DNA of 64,000 bases from Candidatus Poribacteria bacterium (GCA_965242965.1 OZ251518.1:3904001-3968000), one strand, 5' to 3'. Numbered from the stretch's first letter, positions 1-9,990 are shown. A program made the numbers and translations. The notes: a model not told the origin generated them from the sequence alone.

Positions 1-151
1 GATGGCGATGTTTTCAGTTGCGGACAGCAAAATAGTTCTCCAACAGGACAGCGGCGAATTCCACAATTCGCCGTCCATAAGCACGGTTTGCAACCGCGCC
101 TACGAAGTTTTTCGGTGTCTGTCATAATCCAAAATTTAAGGTTGCTTAATT

Positions 152-180
152 AGTATACCACAAAAATTGAGAATTGTCAA
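152..180 (-). promoter_or_regulatory. sigma70-type promoter for a transcript running off the left edge
   Basis: TTGACA(180-175)-17 nt-TATACT(157-152) with extended -10 TG. Confidence 0.7.
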
Positions 181-292
181 ATTTTTTTATTGCGGGGAAA
201 CAGAAATGGCGATTTTCTGCCTTATCTTCCTGAAACCGCGCGATGTCGTTCTCCTCTTCTGTTCCCCGCGGGCGAGGGCCGTTCGTTTGCGC

Positions 293-480
293 GTAGCGCG
301 GGGGCCTGTCCCCCGCGAATTGAAGAAAACCGTCCCGATACCGTAGCGCGGGGGCCTGTCCCCCGCGAGTTTTCGGTAGACCGCAGCATGGCGAGGGACA
401 GGCCCTCGCCCTACGGGGAGGGGGCGTTCTGGTGCCCAGCAACCATCCGGTTACCGTAGCGCGGGGGCCTGTCCCCCGCG
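293..480. repeat. cluster of GTAG-type REP hairpins
   Basis: GTAGCGCGGGGGCCTGTCCCCCGCG x3 plus inverted GGCGAGGGACAGGCCCTCGCCCTAC; recur throughout the window. Confidence 0.9.
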
Positions 481-560
481 AACGTTTGTTAGCCCAAGAC
501 ACGTCAAAGGACAGGCTCTTCAGGCGATTTTGCCCTACAGAGAAAAAACGCACGTTTCAG

Positions 561-589
561 TTGACATTATTTCCCGAAAAAAGTATAAT
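561..589 (+). promoter_or_regulatory. consensus sigma70 promoter of the hfq-like gene
   Basis: TTGACA-17 nt-TATAAT. Confidence 0.8.
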
Positions 590-635
590 TGCATTATCAA
601 AACCTTGATGAAACAAGAAAAGAAAGGATAACCCG

Positions 636-1226
636 ATGGCGCAATCCACACAAACGCAGCGAAAGAAAAAGCAGGGGAACTCGCAGCCGATTGATACCTT
701 CATGCTTCGCGAGAAGTTCGCCGGTCCCATCATCCTGATGGATTACGATGGGATGCAAGTCCTCGCGCAAGTCAAAATGATGAAACCTCATTGGTTCAAC
801 GCCGACGTAGTCCAACGCGACGGCAAACCTACCAAAGAAGTGTGCTTTGACAAACAGAAGTGCCTGTTCGCGGTGCCCGTGGAGAAGTGGGACGTGGTGA
901 AACCGCATATCAAACGGCGGAAGGCTGTCGCGGCACTCCAACTGAAAGCGGTGCCGGGCTTGAGCCGGCGCGATATCGTGAAGAGTCTCCCGCTCTACAA
1001 GGATGTCAAGGTGAGCCTCCGCAACGGGCTTGTCTTGGATGGCCGTATCGTCGCAGCCGATGCCTTTAACATGTTGATGCGCGTTGGCAAGAAAATCGTC
1101 CTCGTCTGGAAACACGCTGTTCACGAAATCCACCGTCCCACCGATGATAAGCGTGGGGAAGAAAATCGAGACCGGGAGGGTGTGCATCGAGACCAGGAGG
1201 TCTCTCCTACCGAGGAACATCTGTAG
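636..1226 (+). CDS. Hfq/Sm-like RNA-binding protein with long N-terminal extension
   Basis: VKVSLRNGLVLDGRIVAADAFNMLMRVGKKIVLVWKHAVHEI matches Hfq Sm1/Sm2 (YKHAI) pattern; SD AAGGA. Confidence 0.7.
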   Translation: MAQSTQTQRKKKQGNSQPIDTFMLREKFAGPIILMDYDGMQVLAQVKMMKPHWFNADVVQRDGKPTKEVCFDKQKCLFAVPVEKWDVVKPHIKRRKAVAALQLKAVPGLSRRDIVKSLPLYKDVKVSLRNGLVLDGRIVAADAFNMLMRVGKKIVLVWKHAVHEIHRPTDDKRGEENRDREGVHRDQEVSPTEEHL

Positions 1227-1385
1227 TTCAGGATCGCCAGATCCTAACCCGTTCGGGAGCGGGCACTCCCTAACTACAGAGTTGGACCCGATGCCTTCTG
1301 GTATTTGCCCGCCTTCCAAGGGCAGATGATACCATTTGCATCTGACATAAACACGAAAATTCGATACGACAGAAAGGACATTTCC

Positions 1386-2051
1386 ATGAACATTCTCATG
1401 TTACGCCACTCTGCTGGCTTTGAACACAGTTATCTCCCGAACGCCGAAGTTGCACTGAAGCAAATCGGCGCGGCAAACGGATGGAACGTAGTAACGACGC
1501 ACCGCTGCGACCGGATTAATGCCGAAAACCTCGAAAAACAGGACATCGTCGCCTTTGCAACGACAGGCAATTTGCCGTTTGACGCGGCGCAGAAAGAGGC
1601 ACTCCTCAGTTTCGTCCGCGACGGTAAGGCGTTTTTCGGCATCCACAACGCAACGGATACCTGCTACGATTGGCCCGAATACGGCGAGATGCTCGGAGGC
1701 TACTTCGCCGGGCACCCGTGGCACGAAGAAGTGAACGTCATCGTTGAAGATGCGAATCACCCCGCCACGCGGATGCTTGGCAGCAGCTTCAAAGTCGTTG
1801 ACGAGATCTACACGTTCAAAAATTGGGACCGCGGCAAAACGCGTGTGCTCATGCGTTTAGACAACGACTCCATTGAGCTCTCACGCGGTAACCGCGAGGA
1901 CCACGATTATGCCCTCGGCTGGTGTCATACCTACGGTAAGGGACGTGTGATGTATACCGCCCTCGGCCATCCCGATGAATTGTGGGAGCAGCCGTGGTTC
2001 CACGAGCATATCATTGGATGCCTCAAATGGGCAGGCGGGTTGGAAGATTAA
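1386..2051 (+). CDS. ThuA-like (trehalose utilisation / class I GATase-like) domain protein
   Basis: HSAGFEH, GIHNATDT, GGYFAGHPW, GKGRVMYTALGH motifs; SD before ATG 1386. Confidence 0.85.
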   Translation: MNILMLRHSAGFEHSYLPNAEVALKQIGAANGWNVVTTHRCDRINAENLEKQDIVAFATTGNLPFDAAQKEALLSFVRDGKAFFGIHNATDTCYDWPEYGEMLGGYFAGHPWHEEVNVIVEDANHPATRMLGSSFKVVDEIYTFKNWDRGKTRVLMRLDNDSIELSRGNREDHDYALGWCHTYGKGRVMYTALGHPDELWEQPWFHEHIIGCLKWAGGLED

Positions 2052-2079
2052 TGTGTTGGCGGGCGGCTTCCCCTCTCCG

Positions 2080-2410
2080 GTAGGAGAGCCCTCCCGGTCT
2101 CGATGCAACGCTATAAACCTTATTAAGGTCCTACGGACCTTGCTAGGGTGCGGCACGTTTTTCTATAGACATTCAGGTCCTACGGACCTAAAAGAGGTGT
2201 TTGATAGACCGCAGCATGGCGAGGGACAGGCTCTCGCCCTACGGTGAGGGGGCCATTCTGTTGTGAAGAAGATGTCCCGTTACCGTAGCGCGGGGGCCTG
2301 TCCCCCGCGAGTTTTCGGTGGACCGGAGCATGGCGAGGGACAGGCCCTCGCCCTACGGTGAAAGGAGGGGAGTTTCTCCGTCCGTAGCGCGGGGGCCTGT
2401 CCTCCGCGAT
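2080..2410. repeat. mixed REP cluster including a half copy of the AGGTCC hairpin cassette
   Basis: GTAGGAGAGCCCTCCCGGTCTCGAT, CTATAGACATTCAGGTCCTACGGACCT, GTAGCGCGGGGG units. Confidence 0.85.
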
Positions 2411-2416
2411 CTCTCC

Positions 2417-3394
2417 CTACGCGCCGTTTTGTGCCTGCGCGATATCCCGATAGCGTTGCACTTCTACATCATCCGGCGTGCGTCGCAGCGTCTCCTCGTA
2501 ATCCTGCAGCGCGGCTCCATACCGTTGCATCGCGAAGTTTGCATGCGCGCGACCGAGGTAAGCATCGGCATCGTCCGGGTTCCGTGCGAGGGCTGCACCG
2601 TAATTGCTGACAGCGGCGGTGTAGTGCTGCAGGTGAAAGTGCGTCACGGCGCGATTGAAATAGCCTTCACTACGTTCAGGTTTCAGGCGGATAGCCGCGT
2701 CGTAGTCCTGAAGCGCGGCGGTATAGTCGCCGAGGGCATAGTAGAGGCTGCCCCGGTTGCAGTGCGCCGCTGCGTAATCGGGTTTCAGGCGGATGGCGAC
2801 ATCGTAAGAGGCGATGGCGTTCTCGGCTTTCCCAATTTCCGCGAGAAGGCTGCCGAGAGAGAAAAAGGCATCGATAGCATTTTCTTCTTCGGTTGGGACA
2901 TGGATGTCCTTATTTTTTTCATCCAACCGTGCGATGGCTGCTTCTATCTCGGGGTCTTCCTCCCATTCTAGTTCGAGGAGTTCGGGGAACAACTCTTCCA
3001 TAGTTGGAAACGTTGCTGCCTCATAAATCCTCACGAAGTCTCCGACGCATGCCTCTACGTCACCTAAGGGGCTGTTGAAATCTTCACCAACAGCCCACAT
3101 TAACTCCTCTAACATGACAGAGAGTTTTTTGTATTCGTCCGCTGTGGCTGTAAGATGCCGCAGATCATCGGTGCGATTGGCGAGTTCGGTTAATAACTCT
3201 TGGATGCCGACGAGCCACGCGACGTAACTTTCCGAGGGTGCTACCTCTTCATCGGCGTGTTTCTCTTCCGGTAAGCCCTCGCGTTCAAGCGATGCATGCC
3301 GCGGGATGATCGGCTCTGGCAGGCTCATGCGGAGCGATACAGCGAGTGCAGGCACGGGTAAGCCAGTGGGCATCGTCTGTGTAGGCGTTAACAT
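2417..3394 (-). CDS. HigA-like antitoxin N-domain fused to TPR repeats
   Basis: EYKKLSVMLEELMWAVGED..SPL....VGDFVRIYEAATFP resembles HigA N-terminus; C-half has AAIRLKP..A.AY.NRG TPRs; directly downstream of higB. Confidence 0.65.
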   Translation of the reverse strand: MLTPTQTMPTGLPVPALAVSLRMSLPEPIIPRHASLEREGLPEEKHADEEVAPSESYVAWLVGIQELLTELANRTDDLRHLTATADEYKKLSVMLEELMWAVGEDFNSPLGDVEACVGDFVRIYEAATFPTMEELFPELLELEWEEDPEIEAAIARLDEKNKDIHVPTEEENAIDAFFSLGSLLAEIGKAENAIASYDVAIRLKPDYAAAHCNRGSLYYALGDYTAALQDYDAAIRLKPERSEGYFNRAVTHFHLQHYTAAVSNYGAALARNPDDADAYLGRAHANFAMQRYGAALQDYEETLRRTPDDVEVQRYRDIAQAQNGA

Positions 3395-3400
3395 TGACTT

Positions 3401-3745
3401 TTACCTCCTCTTTAACCACGTGTCATACTCGGCGTGCGTTAGCACCAAATGGACGGTGACTTGGTGCCTGTCGTATCGGATGCGAGTAATCAAGCGCGTT
3501 TTGTTGCCGCCGATGTTAAAAATGGTAAACTTTGTGATTTTGGCGCGCTGCCCGCGTGACCCTGGTTGGAACGGCAGAGATTCTTCCTTTCTCACCAGGT
3601 CTGCGTGCGGAAACACCTCCCGCACTTCGTTAAGCGAATGGAAATCTCTTTGCCGCACCAAATCACGCCAGCGGTAAAGTGCCGGCTTGCTGTTTGGATG
3701 TCTTCGTGCAAAATCTTTGAGTTTTTGTAGAGAAATAATCTGCAT
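3401..3745 (-). CDS. higB: type II toxin, HigB family
   Basis: MQIISLQKLKDF..HP, FNIGGNKTRLI, VLTHAEYD motifs. Confidence 0.85.
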   Translation of the reverse strand: MQIISLQKLKDFARRHPNSKPALYRWRDLVRQRDFHSLNEVREVFPHADLVRKEESLPFQPGSRGQRAKITKFTIFNIGGNKTRLITRIRYDRHQVTVHLVLTHAEYDTWLKRR

Positions 3746-4025
3746 CGGAAAACCAATTCTATCAAAACGGCGCGCGACGATTTAGCCGGTGATGCCACTC
3801 CCAACGCGACAGCAGACACTTAACACCGGCACTTTAGTTAGGATACCATATTCAGATTTCATTTGCAAATGAAAAAATCACTTGACTTCAAACACATTGC
3901 ATGAAATAATAAAAAGGCGACGCGGACGGCACCTTCATGTCTCGAAAAATTGCCAGTCTCTATTTCTCTGATGAATCTCAATTCATACAATAGAAACCGG
4001 CGGAGATGGAATGCGAACATTTTTG

Positions 4026-4054
4026 TTGACAAAAAATGAAAAATAAGGTATCAT
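4026..4054 (+). promoter_or_regulatory. sigma70-type promoter
   Basis: TTGACA-17 nt-TATCAT. Confidence 0.65.
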
Positions 4055-4103
4055 TTTATTTTGATTTACGAGGATCTGTCAATTCAACGGAGCAGAGGTT
4101 GCA

Positions 4104-4718
4104 ATGAACGTGAAATTTCTACATCTTCTCTTGTGCGGGATGCTGAGCGGTGTCTTCATCGCTTGCGATGCCCCGCCTTCGCAAAAACGTGCGGAAGAAA
4201 CGCTCGTTTTTAATGTGAATCAGACACTCCTCGAACCAGCGATAAGAGATACGACACTCAACATCACGATGGCCGCGCCGAAGGCATGGGAAAAAATGGA
4301 CGATGCGCTGTTTGCAAAGGTAATGGCGCAAGTCGCCCCGCAGCTGCGGCAAGGGCTTGAACTCGCGCCGCGATGGATTTTCATGAACGCGCGTTCGCGT
4401 GCGATGTGTATCGTATCACAAGTGAACGGCGTAGATATTACGCCGGACGACACCTTCCTAGAAACGCAGGAGGCCGCGTACCGCGATGCCTTTCCAGAGG
4501 CGGTGGTGCAGCGGGCAACTTTTAGAAAAGATGCTTTTCGCGTCTATCAACTGATGGTAAGTGCTTCGGATGTCGTGCTGATTAAACTGATATGCGACGC
4601 GCCGGAAACCCTCATGTTCGAGGTAGATTACGTCGTGCCGAAGGCAGTTTATGCGGCGGAGTTGCGTGCCATCGAATCATCAATCGGTTCCATCCATGTG
4701 AGAACCGATTCACCTTAA
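4104..4718 (+). CDS. hypothetical lipoprotein
   Basis: hydrophobic N-terminus with lipobox FIAC. Confidence 0.7.
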   Translation: MNVKFLHLLLCGMLSGVFIACDAPPSQKRAEETLVFNVNQTLLEPAIRDTTLNITMAAPKAWEKMDDALFAKVMAQVAPQLRQGLELAPRWIFMNARSRAMCIVSQVNGVDITPDDTFLETQEAAYRDAFPEAVVQRATFRKDAFRVYQLMVSASDVVLIKLICDAPETLMFEVDYVVPKAVYAAELRAIESSIGSIHVRTDSP

Positions 4719-4735
4719 CATCTAAGGAGAACCTT

Positions 4736-5029
4736 ATGCTGACAAAACTTTCAGCTGCTCTGCTGATTGTCGCGATGCTGTGTGTCATCGGCTGTGCGGC
4801 GCATATCCACAAAGTGGGTAACGGCGCGCAAGGCACCGAGCTCATGGCAGAGCGGCAATGGTATGTCCTGTGGGGTTTAATCCCCATTAACGATGTTGAT
4901 ACACACGCCATGGTCGCGGGGGCTACCGATTACGAGATTATAACCGCGTATACCCTGGTCGATGGCGTTATCAACGTTTTCACCAACATTGTCACGGTGC
5001 AATGTCGGACGGTGACTGTAGAGAAATAA
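4736..5029 (+). CDS. Bor/Iss-like small lipoprotein
   Basis: lipobox VIGC, QWYVLWGLIP, CRTVTVEK; SD AAGGAG. Confidence 0.7.
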   Translation: MLTKLSAALLIVAMLCVIGCAAHIHKVGNGAQGTELMAERQWYVLWGLIPINDVDTHAMVAGATDYEIITAYTLVDGVINVFTNIVTVQCRTVTVEK

Positions 5030-5089
5030 CCGTTCGCGGTTTCAGTAGGCAAAGCCCGTGTCCATTCGCGCGGGCTTTGCCTTTCCTTT

Positions 5090-6220
5090 TCACCGTCGCG
5101 ATGCCATATCAAATCCTACCGCCGTTACCAGCACGATACCTTTAATAATATCCTGCCATGAGGCATCCATGTTTGCCATGCTCATCCCGTTGTTGAGGCT
5201 CTCCATGACGAGCGCGCCTAAAAGCGCGCCGAAAATACTCCCGCGTCCACCCATCAGACTCGCGCCGCCGATAACGCACGCCGCAATGGCATCTAATTCA
5301 AGCAGCCGGCCCGCCTCCGGGCTCGCACTGCCGACGCGCGCTGTCAGCACAACGCCGGCAATTGCCATTAACGCACCCATCGTCGCGAAAACGCGAAGCG
5401 TAATGCCTCGGACGTTGACACCGGAGAGATACGCCGCCTCCGCATTCCCGCCGACTGCATAAACGTAACGTCCAAAACGGGTGCGGTTCGCGATAAAATG
5501 GAAGACGAATGCCAGCGCGAACAGGATGCACACCGGCACCGGGATGCCTTTGTGCGCGTTCATGACAGCAACAAACGCTACGATGAGCAACGCTATGCCG
5601 CCCATTTTCATCAGAAACATGAACCGAGAGGTGGGAGAACTATGGCCGGAAAGCGGAGTGAGTTCGTCAGGCTCGCGCACCGCATCTGATTTCCATAGCT
5701 GCACAACAACCACGATTACTGCCATTAGCATTAACCCCCACCCGACTGGCTGCGGCAGGTAAGCGTTACCGATTGACTTCAACCAATTGTCCGGTAGACG
5801 GATAGTTTCTCCTTTCGTGAAGGCTAACATCAAGCCGCGATAGACAAGAAACCCGCCTAATGTGACGATAAACGCCGGCACGCGCTGATACGCCACGAGG
5901 TAACCCTGCATCAAGCCCATCAGGATGCCCAAGCCGATGACAGCGATGAGCGTCAACACAATCGGTTGCCCCCACCATACGTGCAAAATCGCGGCGACAG
6001 CACCGAGTAAACCGGAACCAAACCCCACGGAAAGATCGATGTTAGCAGACACGATGACAAGCACCATTCCTACGGCAAGGATGGCAGTTACCGCCGCTTG
6101 GCGAGAGAGATTCGATAGATTTCGGGTGCTGAGGAAGGTGCCGCCTGTCAACAACGTGAAAATTACCCAGACGCAGACGAGTGCAATTACCATCGCATAC
6201 AGGCGAAGATGTGTCTTCAT
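5090..6220 (-). CDS. sugar ABC transporter permease (XylH-like)
   Basis: IDLSVG, TRFGRYVYAVGGNAEAAYLSG, ELDAIAACVIGGASLMGGRG. Confidence 0.9.
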   Translation of the reverse strand: MKTHLRLYAMVIALVCVWVIFTLLTGGTFLSTRNLSNLSRQAAVTAILAVGMVLVIVSANIDLSVGFGSGLLGAVAAILHVWWGQPIVLTLIAVIGLGILMGLMQGYLVAYQRVPAFIVTLGGFLVYRGLMLAFTKGETIRLPDNWLKSIGNAYLPQPVGWGLMLMAVIVVVVQLWKSDAVREPDELTPLSGHSSPTSRFMFLMKMGGIALLIVAFVAVMNAHKGIPVPVCILFALAFVFHFIANRTRFGRYVYAVGGNAEAAYLSGVNVRGITLRVFATMGALMAIAGVVLTARVGSASPEAGRLLELDAIAACVIGGASLMGGRGSIFGALLGALVMESLNNGMSMANMDASWQDIIKGIVLVTAVGFDMASRR

Positions 6221-6344
6221 TTTTTTAGTGGCCCTAATAGGTGCGATTCGGATGCATGGATTATCAACCCAGTTACTAGTTCCGTTTGTGACATTGCCGC
6301 AAACTGCCATCACTTTATTTGAGGGTGTTTCATAACTCGCCCAA

Positions 6345-6667
6345 CGTCGCGGGGGACAAGCCCCCGCGCTACGATGAAAAAAACGCATCCCCTTCACGTA
6401 GGGCTTGGGCCCTCGCCTGCCACACGCGCAGGCGAGCGGGTTTCCCTCGCCATGCATTTGGCTGGCAGACCACATCCCCCCTGTAGGGCAGGATCGCCTG
6501 ATCCTGACCGTTTGGGAGCGGGCGCTCCCGAACTACAGAGGTGGCCCCGAAGAATTGAGACCAGGAGAGTCATCTCCTACCCGAAGAAATCGACACCGGT
6601 AGGAGGGACATCCTTGTCCCGATAAAAACAGCAACAAAACGCATCAAGACTGGGAGGACTCTCCTAC
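6345..6667. repeat. REP cluster
   Basis: degenerate copies of four GTAG/CTAC hairpin families. Confidence 0.75.
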
Positions 6668-7437
6668 AAGGGAGGCGGTGCAAACAAATTGTCAAAATTC
6701 CGCGAGGTTATCTTCCCGATTTCTTCTACGGAAGTGCCGCGGCATGCCGCTATCTTTTCGGCGACGGCACGGACATACGCCGGTTCATTGCGTTTGCCAC
6801 GCCACGGCTGCGGTGCGAGCCACGGGCAATCTGTCTCAATGAGAAGTCTATCATCAGGCACTTCCCTCGCCACGGCGTGAACATCTGCCGCCTTCGGATA
6901 CGTCACAATGCCGCCAATGCCGATATAAAGGTTTTCCAGCGCGAGGCACCGGTGCATCAATTCGACGTTGCCGGTAAAGCAGTGCATGACACCGAACGCG
7001 CCATCGTCCAGTGCTTCCAAAATAGGCAAGATGTCGTGATATGCCTCTCGGTTGTGGATGACGATAGGCATGTCCATGTCTTTCGCCATTTCAAGTTGTT
7101 CGACGAAAACCTTTTTTTGCGCTTTGGGGGTTGAGTGGTTGCGGTAGTAATCCAACCCCATTTCGCCGAAGGCCAGGACTTTGTGATGTCGAGAGAGTTC
7201 GTGAATGTCAGCGAGTTCGGCGCGAGTCGCGCTTTCGGCGTTATGCGGATGCACACCGACGGTGGCATAGACGTTGTCATATTCGTCTGCCAATTCGGTG
7301 GCGGCGAGGCTGGTTTCATAATCGATGCCGATGGCGAGGATTGTTTCAACGCCAGCCTTTTGTGCGCGTCTGATAACAGCACGCCGGTCTTTGTTAAATT
7401 GAGACATTTGGATGTGCGTGTGTGAATCAATAAACAT
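6664..7437 (-). CDS. tatD: TatD family hydrolase/DNase
   Basis: DSHTH, GVHPH, GEMGLDY, IHNREA, HCFTG, LLIETDCP. Confidence 0.92.
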   Translation of the reverse strand: MFIDSHTHIQMSQFNKDRRAVIRRAQKAGVETILAIGIDYETSLAATELADEYDNVYATVGVHPHNAESATRAELADIHELSRHHKVLAFGEMGLDYYRNHSTPKAQKKVFVEQLEMAKDMDMPIVIHNREAYHDILPILEALDDGAFGVMHCFTGNVELMHRCLALENLYIGIGGIVTYPKAADVHAVAREVPDDRLLIETDCPWLAPQPWRGKRNEPAYVRAVAEKIAACRGTSVEEIGKITSRNFDNLFAPPPL

Positions 7438-7575
7438 ATCTTTGTTGTTCGCGAGGCGTTCGATAAGGGTTGTTGGGACGATGACATATCTCGCCGTAGA
7501 GCCGTCATCAACGTTGTTGATGACTACGTTTCTGATGCTAATTTTTCAGATGCCTGTTAAGGCAGAAAGCCGTTG

Positions 7576-8010
7576 CTAACTGAGTAGATTCATCTTCATT
7601 GCCTGAAAATGCCTGTCAAACCCAAAAGCCGTAGTGATTTCCTCGTCCTTACAAACCACAAAACTGGCACAGTCTGTAAAGGAGAGCCGCGGAGTGTTGT
7701 GTTGCCGAAAAAACCGTTCGGCATCGTCAAAAATTTCCTGACTAATTCTTACCAATTTCAACTCGTCCCGCGCGAGAATGTCGTTAATAAAGTCGAGGAA
7801 TCGGACGGCCATTTCGTGGTGCACGTCATATCTGAGTCGGGTGACTGTTTCATCAATGATGTAATCTGTCGTCACCAATTGGACATTCATCTGCCGTAAT
7901 TCAGCGTAGAGTGCTAGAGCAGTGTCGTGGTGCCGGTCCTTCGGGTTTGTATACGCAATCCACGCGCCGGCATCAACAAAAATGGGCGAACCTCTCCCAA
8001 CAAAATTCAT
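7576..8010 (-). CDS. PIN-domain (VapC-like) toxin
   Basis: IFVDAGAW, TDYIIDET, LSFTDCASF, AFGFDRHF. Confidence 0.9.
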   Translation of the reverse strand: MNFVGRGSPIFVDAGAWIAYTNPKDRHHDTALALYAELRQMNVQLVTTDYIIDETVTRLRYDVHHEMAVRFLDFINDILARDELKLVRISQEIFDDAERFFRQHNTPRLSFTDCASFVVCKDEEITTAFGFDRHFQAMKMNLLS

Positions 8011-8092
8011 GATTTTGCATCCCTTTCGTTAAAAATTTTGTCGTGCGCGTCTGTGCCTGTCGTGTGTAGGAGTAGACACGCACGGCAAAAGG

Positions 8093-9211
8093 CTAGAAAT
8101 CATCGGGAACGACATCATGATTAATAGAACCCTCGGTTGTCTCGCCTCTCGTGACATCCGGGAGTGCTTTGATTTCCTCAAGGAACGCCATGCCTTTTTC
8201 GTAGCCGCTCGCGATGCGGGCTCTCCGTTCTTCAAGCGTTTCTGCACTGATGTCAAGGTGCCGCACCAGAGATGCATAACGACTGACAAGGCTCACCGCT
8301 TGTCCGAGGATGCCTCTAAACACCGCCTGATGACTACGGTTATCGTAACCGAAGTCATTGGCTATCTGCCGATAGTTGCAAGCCTTGCGATGCTCGTCAC
8401 TGCGATGACGCAGCCGGTGAAGTTCACGTAGAAAACAGCCGTACTTGTCGAAAGTCGCCTGCCGGTAATACAGGATTTCCAAGAAACAGGCAAGGGTATC
8501 TTTCCCCGCTAGCGTCCGCCGTTGCTCTACCGGTACTAACTTTTTGAGTTCCGGGATGTTAAGCGAGTCGATGCAGAGTGTGCAAAGACTTGAGACAAGC
8601 GCGTCAAAATCCCGCGGTTCGTCAGGTGCCGGTAGCGTCAAATCGGCGATGTAATGCTCCTCGTCTGGATGCGGCGGCAGCAACACTTGCCAGCCGAGAT
8701 ATTCATAACACGTCGCACGCAGCTGGTAATATGCCGCTCGAAACCCGTGCTTCGGTTTATCGGGATTGCCATCTCGATAGCGGCCGTCCCAAATGTAGCG
8801 TTGATAATACGCCTCGCTCACGCCGTAGTCCCCGTTTTCGCGGCCGTTCGGCGGAATGTTGTGTGCGCGCCAATGCAACTGCTCTTCATGCGGCAAATCT
8901 GCCAGATACCCCAACAGGACTGTCACTTTGTCCGCGTGGCAATTGTCAATCGGGATGCTCCACTGATAATTGCAGACGAGGGACGTCGGGTAGAAGGTAT
9001 ACTTCTCTGTGTCTTGCAGATATTTGTCTAACACCCGTTTGTCAAAATCGACGAAAATAGGATTGTTAGAGATGCCGATTGTCGGATAAAACGCCTCTTT
9101 TAACGCGCAGGTGTGCGTGATTTCGTTCCCGTTTTCGTCCACGCCGATGATGAAGTCAATGTCCCTGTCCGGGGGTGCCAGGGTATCGGTGAATCTGATT
9201 GTCGGTTTCAT
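8093..9211 (-). CDS. hypothetical protein with possible HEPN-like RxxxxxH motif and antitoxin-like C-terminal tail
   Basis: LRHRSDEH motif; tail GETTEGSINHD resembles the S.NHD ends of VapB-like antitoxins; upstream of the PIN gene. Confidence 0.6.
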   Translation of the reverse strand: MKPTIRFTDTLAPPDRDIDFIIGVDENGNEITHTCALKEAFYPTIGISNNPIFVDFDKRVLDKYLQDTEKYTFYPTSLVCNYQWSIPIDNCHADKVTVLLGYLADLPHEEQLHWRAHNIPPNGRENGDYGVSEAYYQRYIWDGRYRDGNPDKPKHGFRAAYYQLRATCYEYLGWQVLLPPHPDEEHYIADLTLPAPDEPRDFDALVSSLCTLCIDSLNIPELKKLVPVEQRRTLAGKDTLACFLEILYYRQATFDKYGCFLRELHRLRHRSDEHRKACNYRQIANDFGYDNRSHQAVFRGILGQAVSLVSRYASLVRHLDISAETLEERRARIASGYEKGMAFLEEIKALPDVTRGETTEGSINHDVVPDDF

Positions 9212-9279
9212 CTTTATATCACCTCACTTCAATTATGATAACAGCCCGGGGCCGGTTTGGCAAGCGAAAATCAAACGCG

Positions 9280-9990
9280 CTACATCAACGGCGTGCGGAT
9301 GACAGTTTCAAGCGTATGCGCACGGGAAGGCTGCGTCACTAAAAACAGAATCAGTGCTGCTACATCTTCTGGCAACGTCAGATGCTCAATCACATCATCG
9401 GGATGGTTATCGCGGCGCATCTTGGTATCCACCGGACCGGGGCAGACGACAGAGGCTTTCACACCGTGCGTTCTGCCTTCGTTATTTGTCGTCTCGGTGA
9501 AACCGACAACGGCGAATTTAGAGGCGCAATACGCACCGCCGTTGACATGCCCATACTTGCCCGAAACAGACGAGACGTTGACGATATGCCCGGACTGCTG
9601 TTCGCACATCAGCCCGAAGACGGCTTGCGTGCAGAGGAACACGCCTTTGAGGTTCACCGCCATCGTCACATCCCAATCTTCTTCCCGAATTTTCGGAATC
9701 GGGTTGTGAATCGCCACGCCGGCATTGTTGACGAGGATGTCCACTTTGCCGAAAGTCTCAAGCGTTTGTGCCACCATCGTATCAACGGCGGCTTTATGCT
9801 GGACATCGGTGGGTATCGCGAGGGCGCGCCTGCCGAGGGCCCGCACCTCTTCCGCAACCGCGGAGATTTCGCTATCCGTTCGTGCGGCGAGGACGATGTC
9901 GGCACCTTCTGCCGCAAAGGCTAACGCGGTGGCGCGGCCGATGCCGCGCCCGCCGCCAGTAATTATCGCAACACGTTTTTCAAGTTTCAT
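9280..9990 (-). CDS. SDR family oxidoreductase
   Basis: TGGGRGIG, NNAG, YCASK. Confidence 0.93.
   Translation of the reverse strand: MKLEKRVAIITGGGRGIGRATALAFAAEGADIVLAARTDSEISAVAEEVRALGRRALAIPTDVQHKAAVDTMVAQTLETFGKVDILVNNAGVAIHNPIPKIREEDWDVTMAVNLKGVFLCTQAVFGLMCEQQSGHIVNVSSVSGKYGHVNGGAYCASKFAVVGFTETTNNEGRTHGVKASVVCPGPVDTKMRRDNHPDDVIEHLTLPEDVAALILFLVTQPSRAHTLETVIRTPLM

Noticed and set aside
1-125. CDS or a third poly-C leader at the left edge
   Set aside because: A promoter is present, but the short frames are truncated by the window and show no poly-C or recognisable protein
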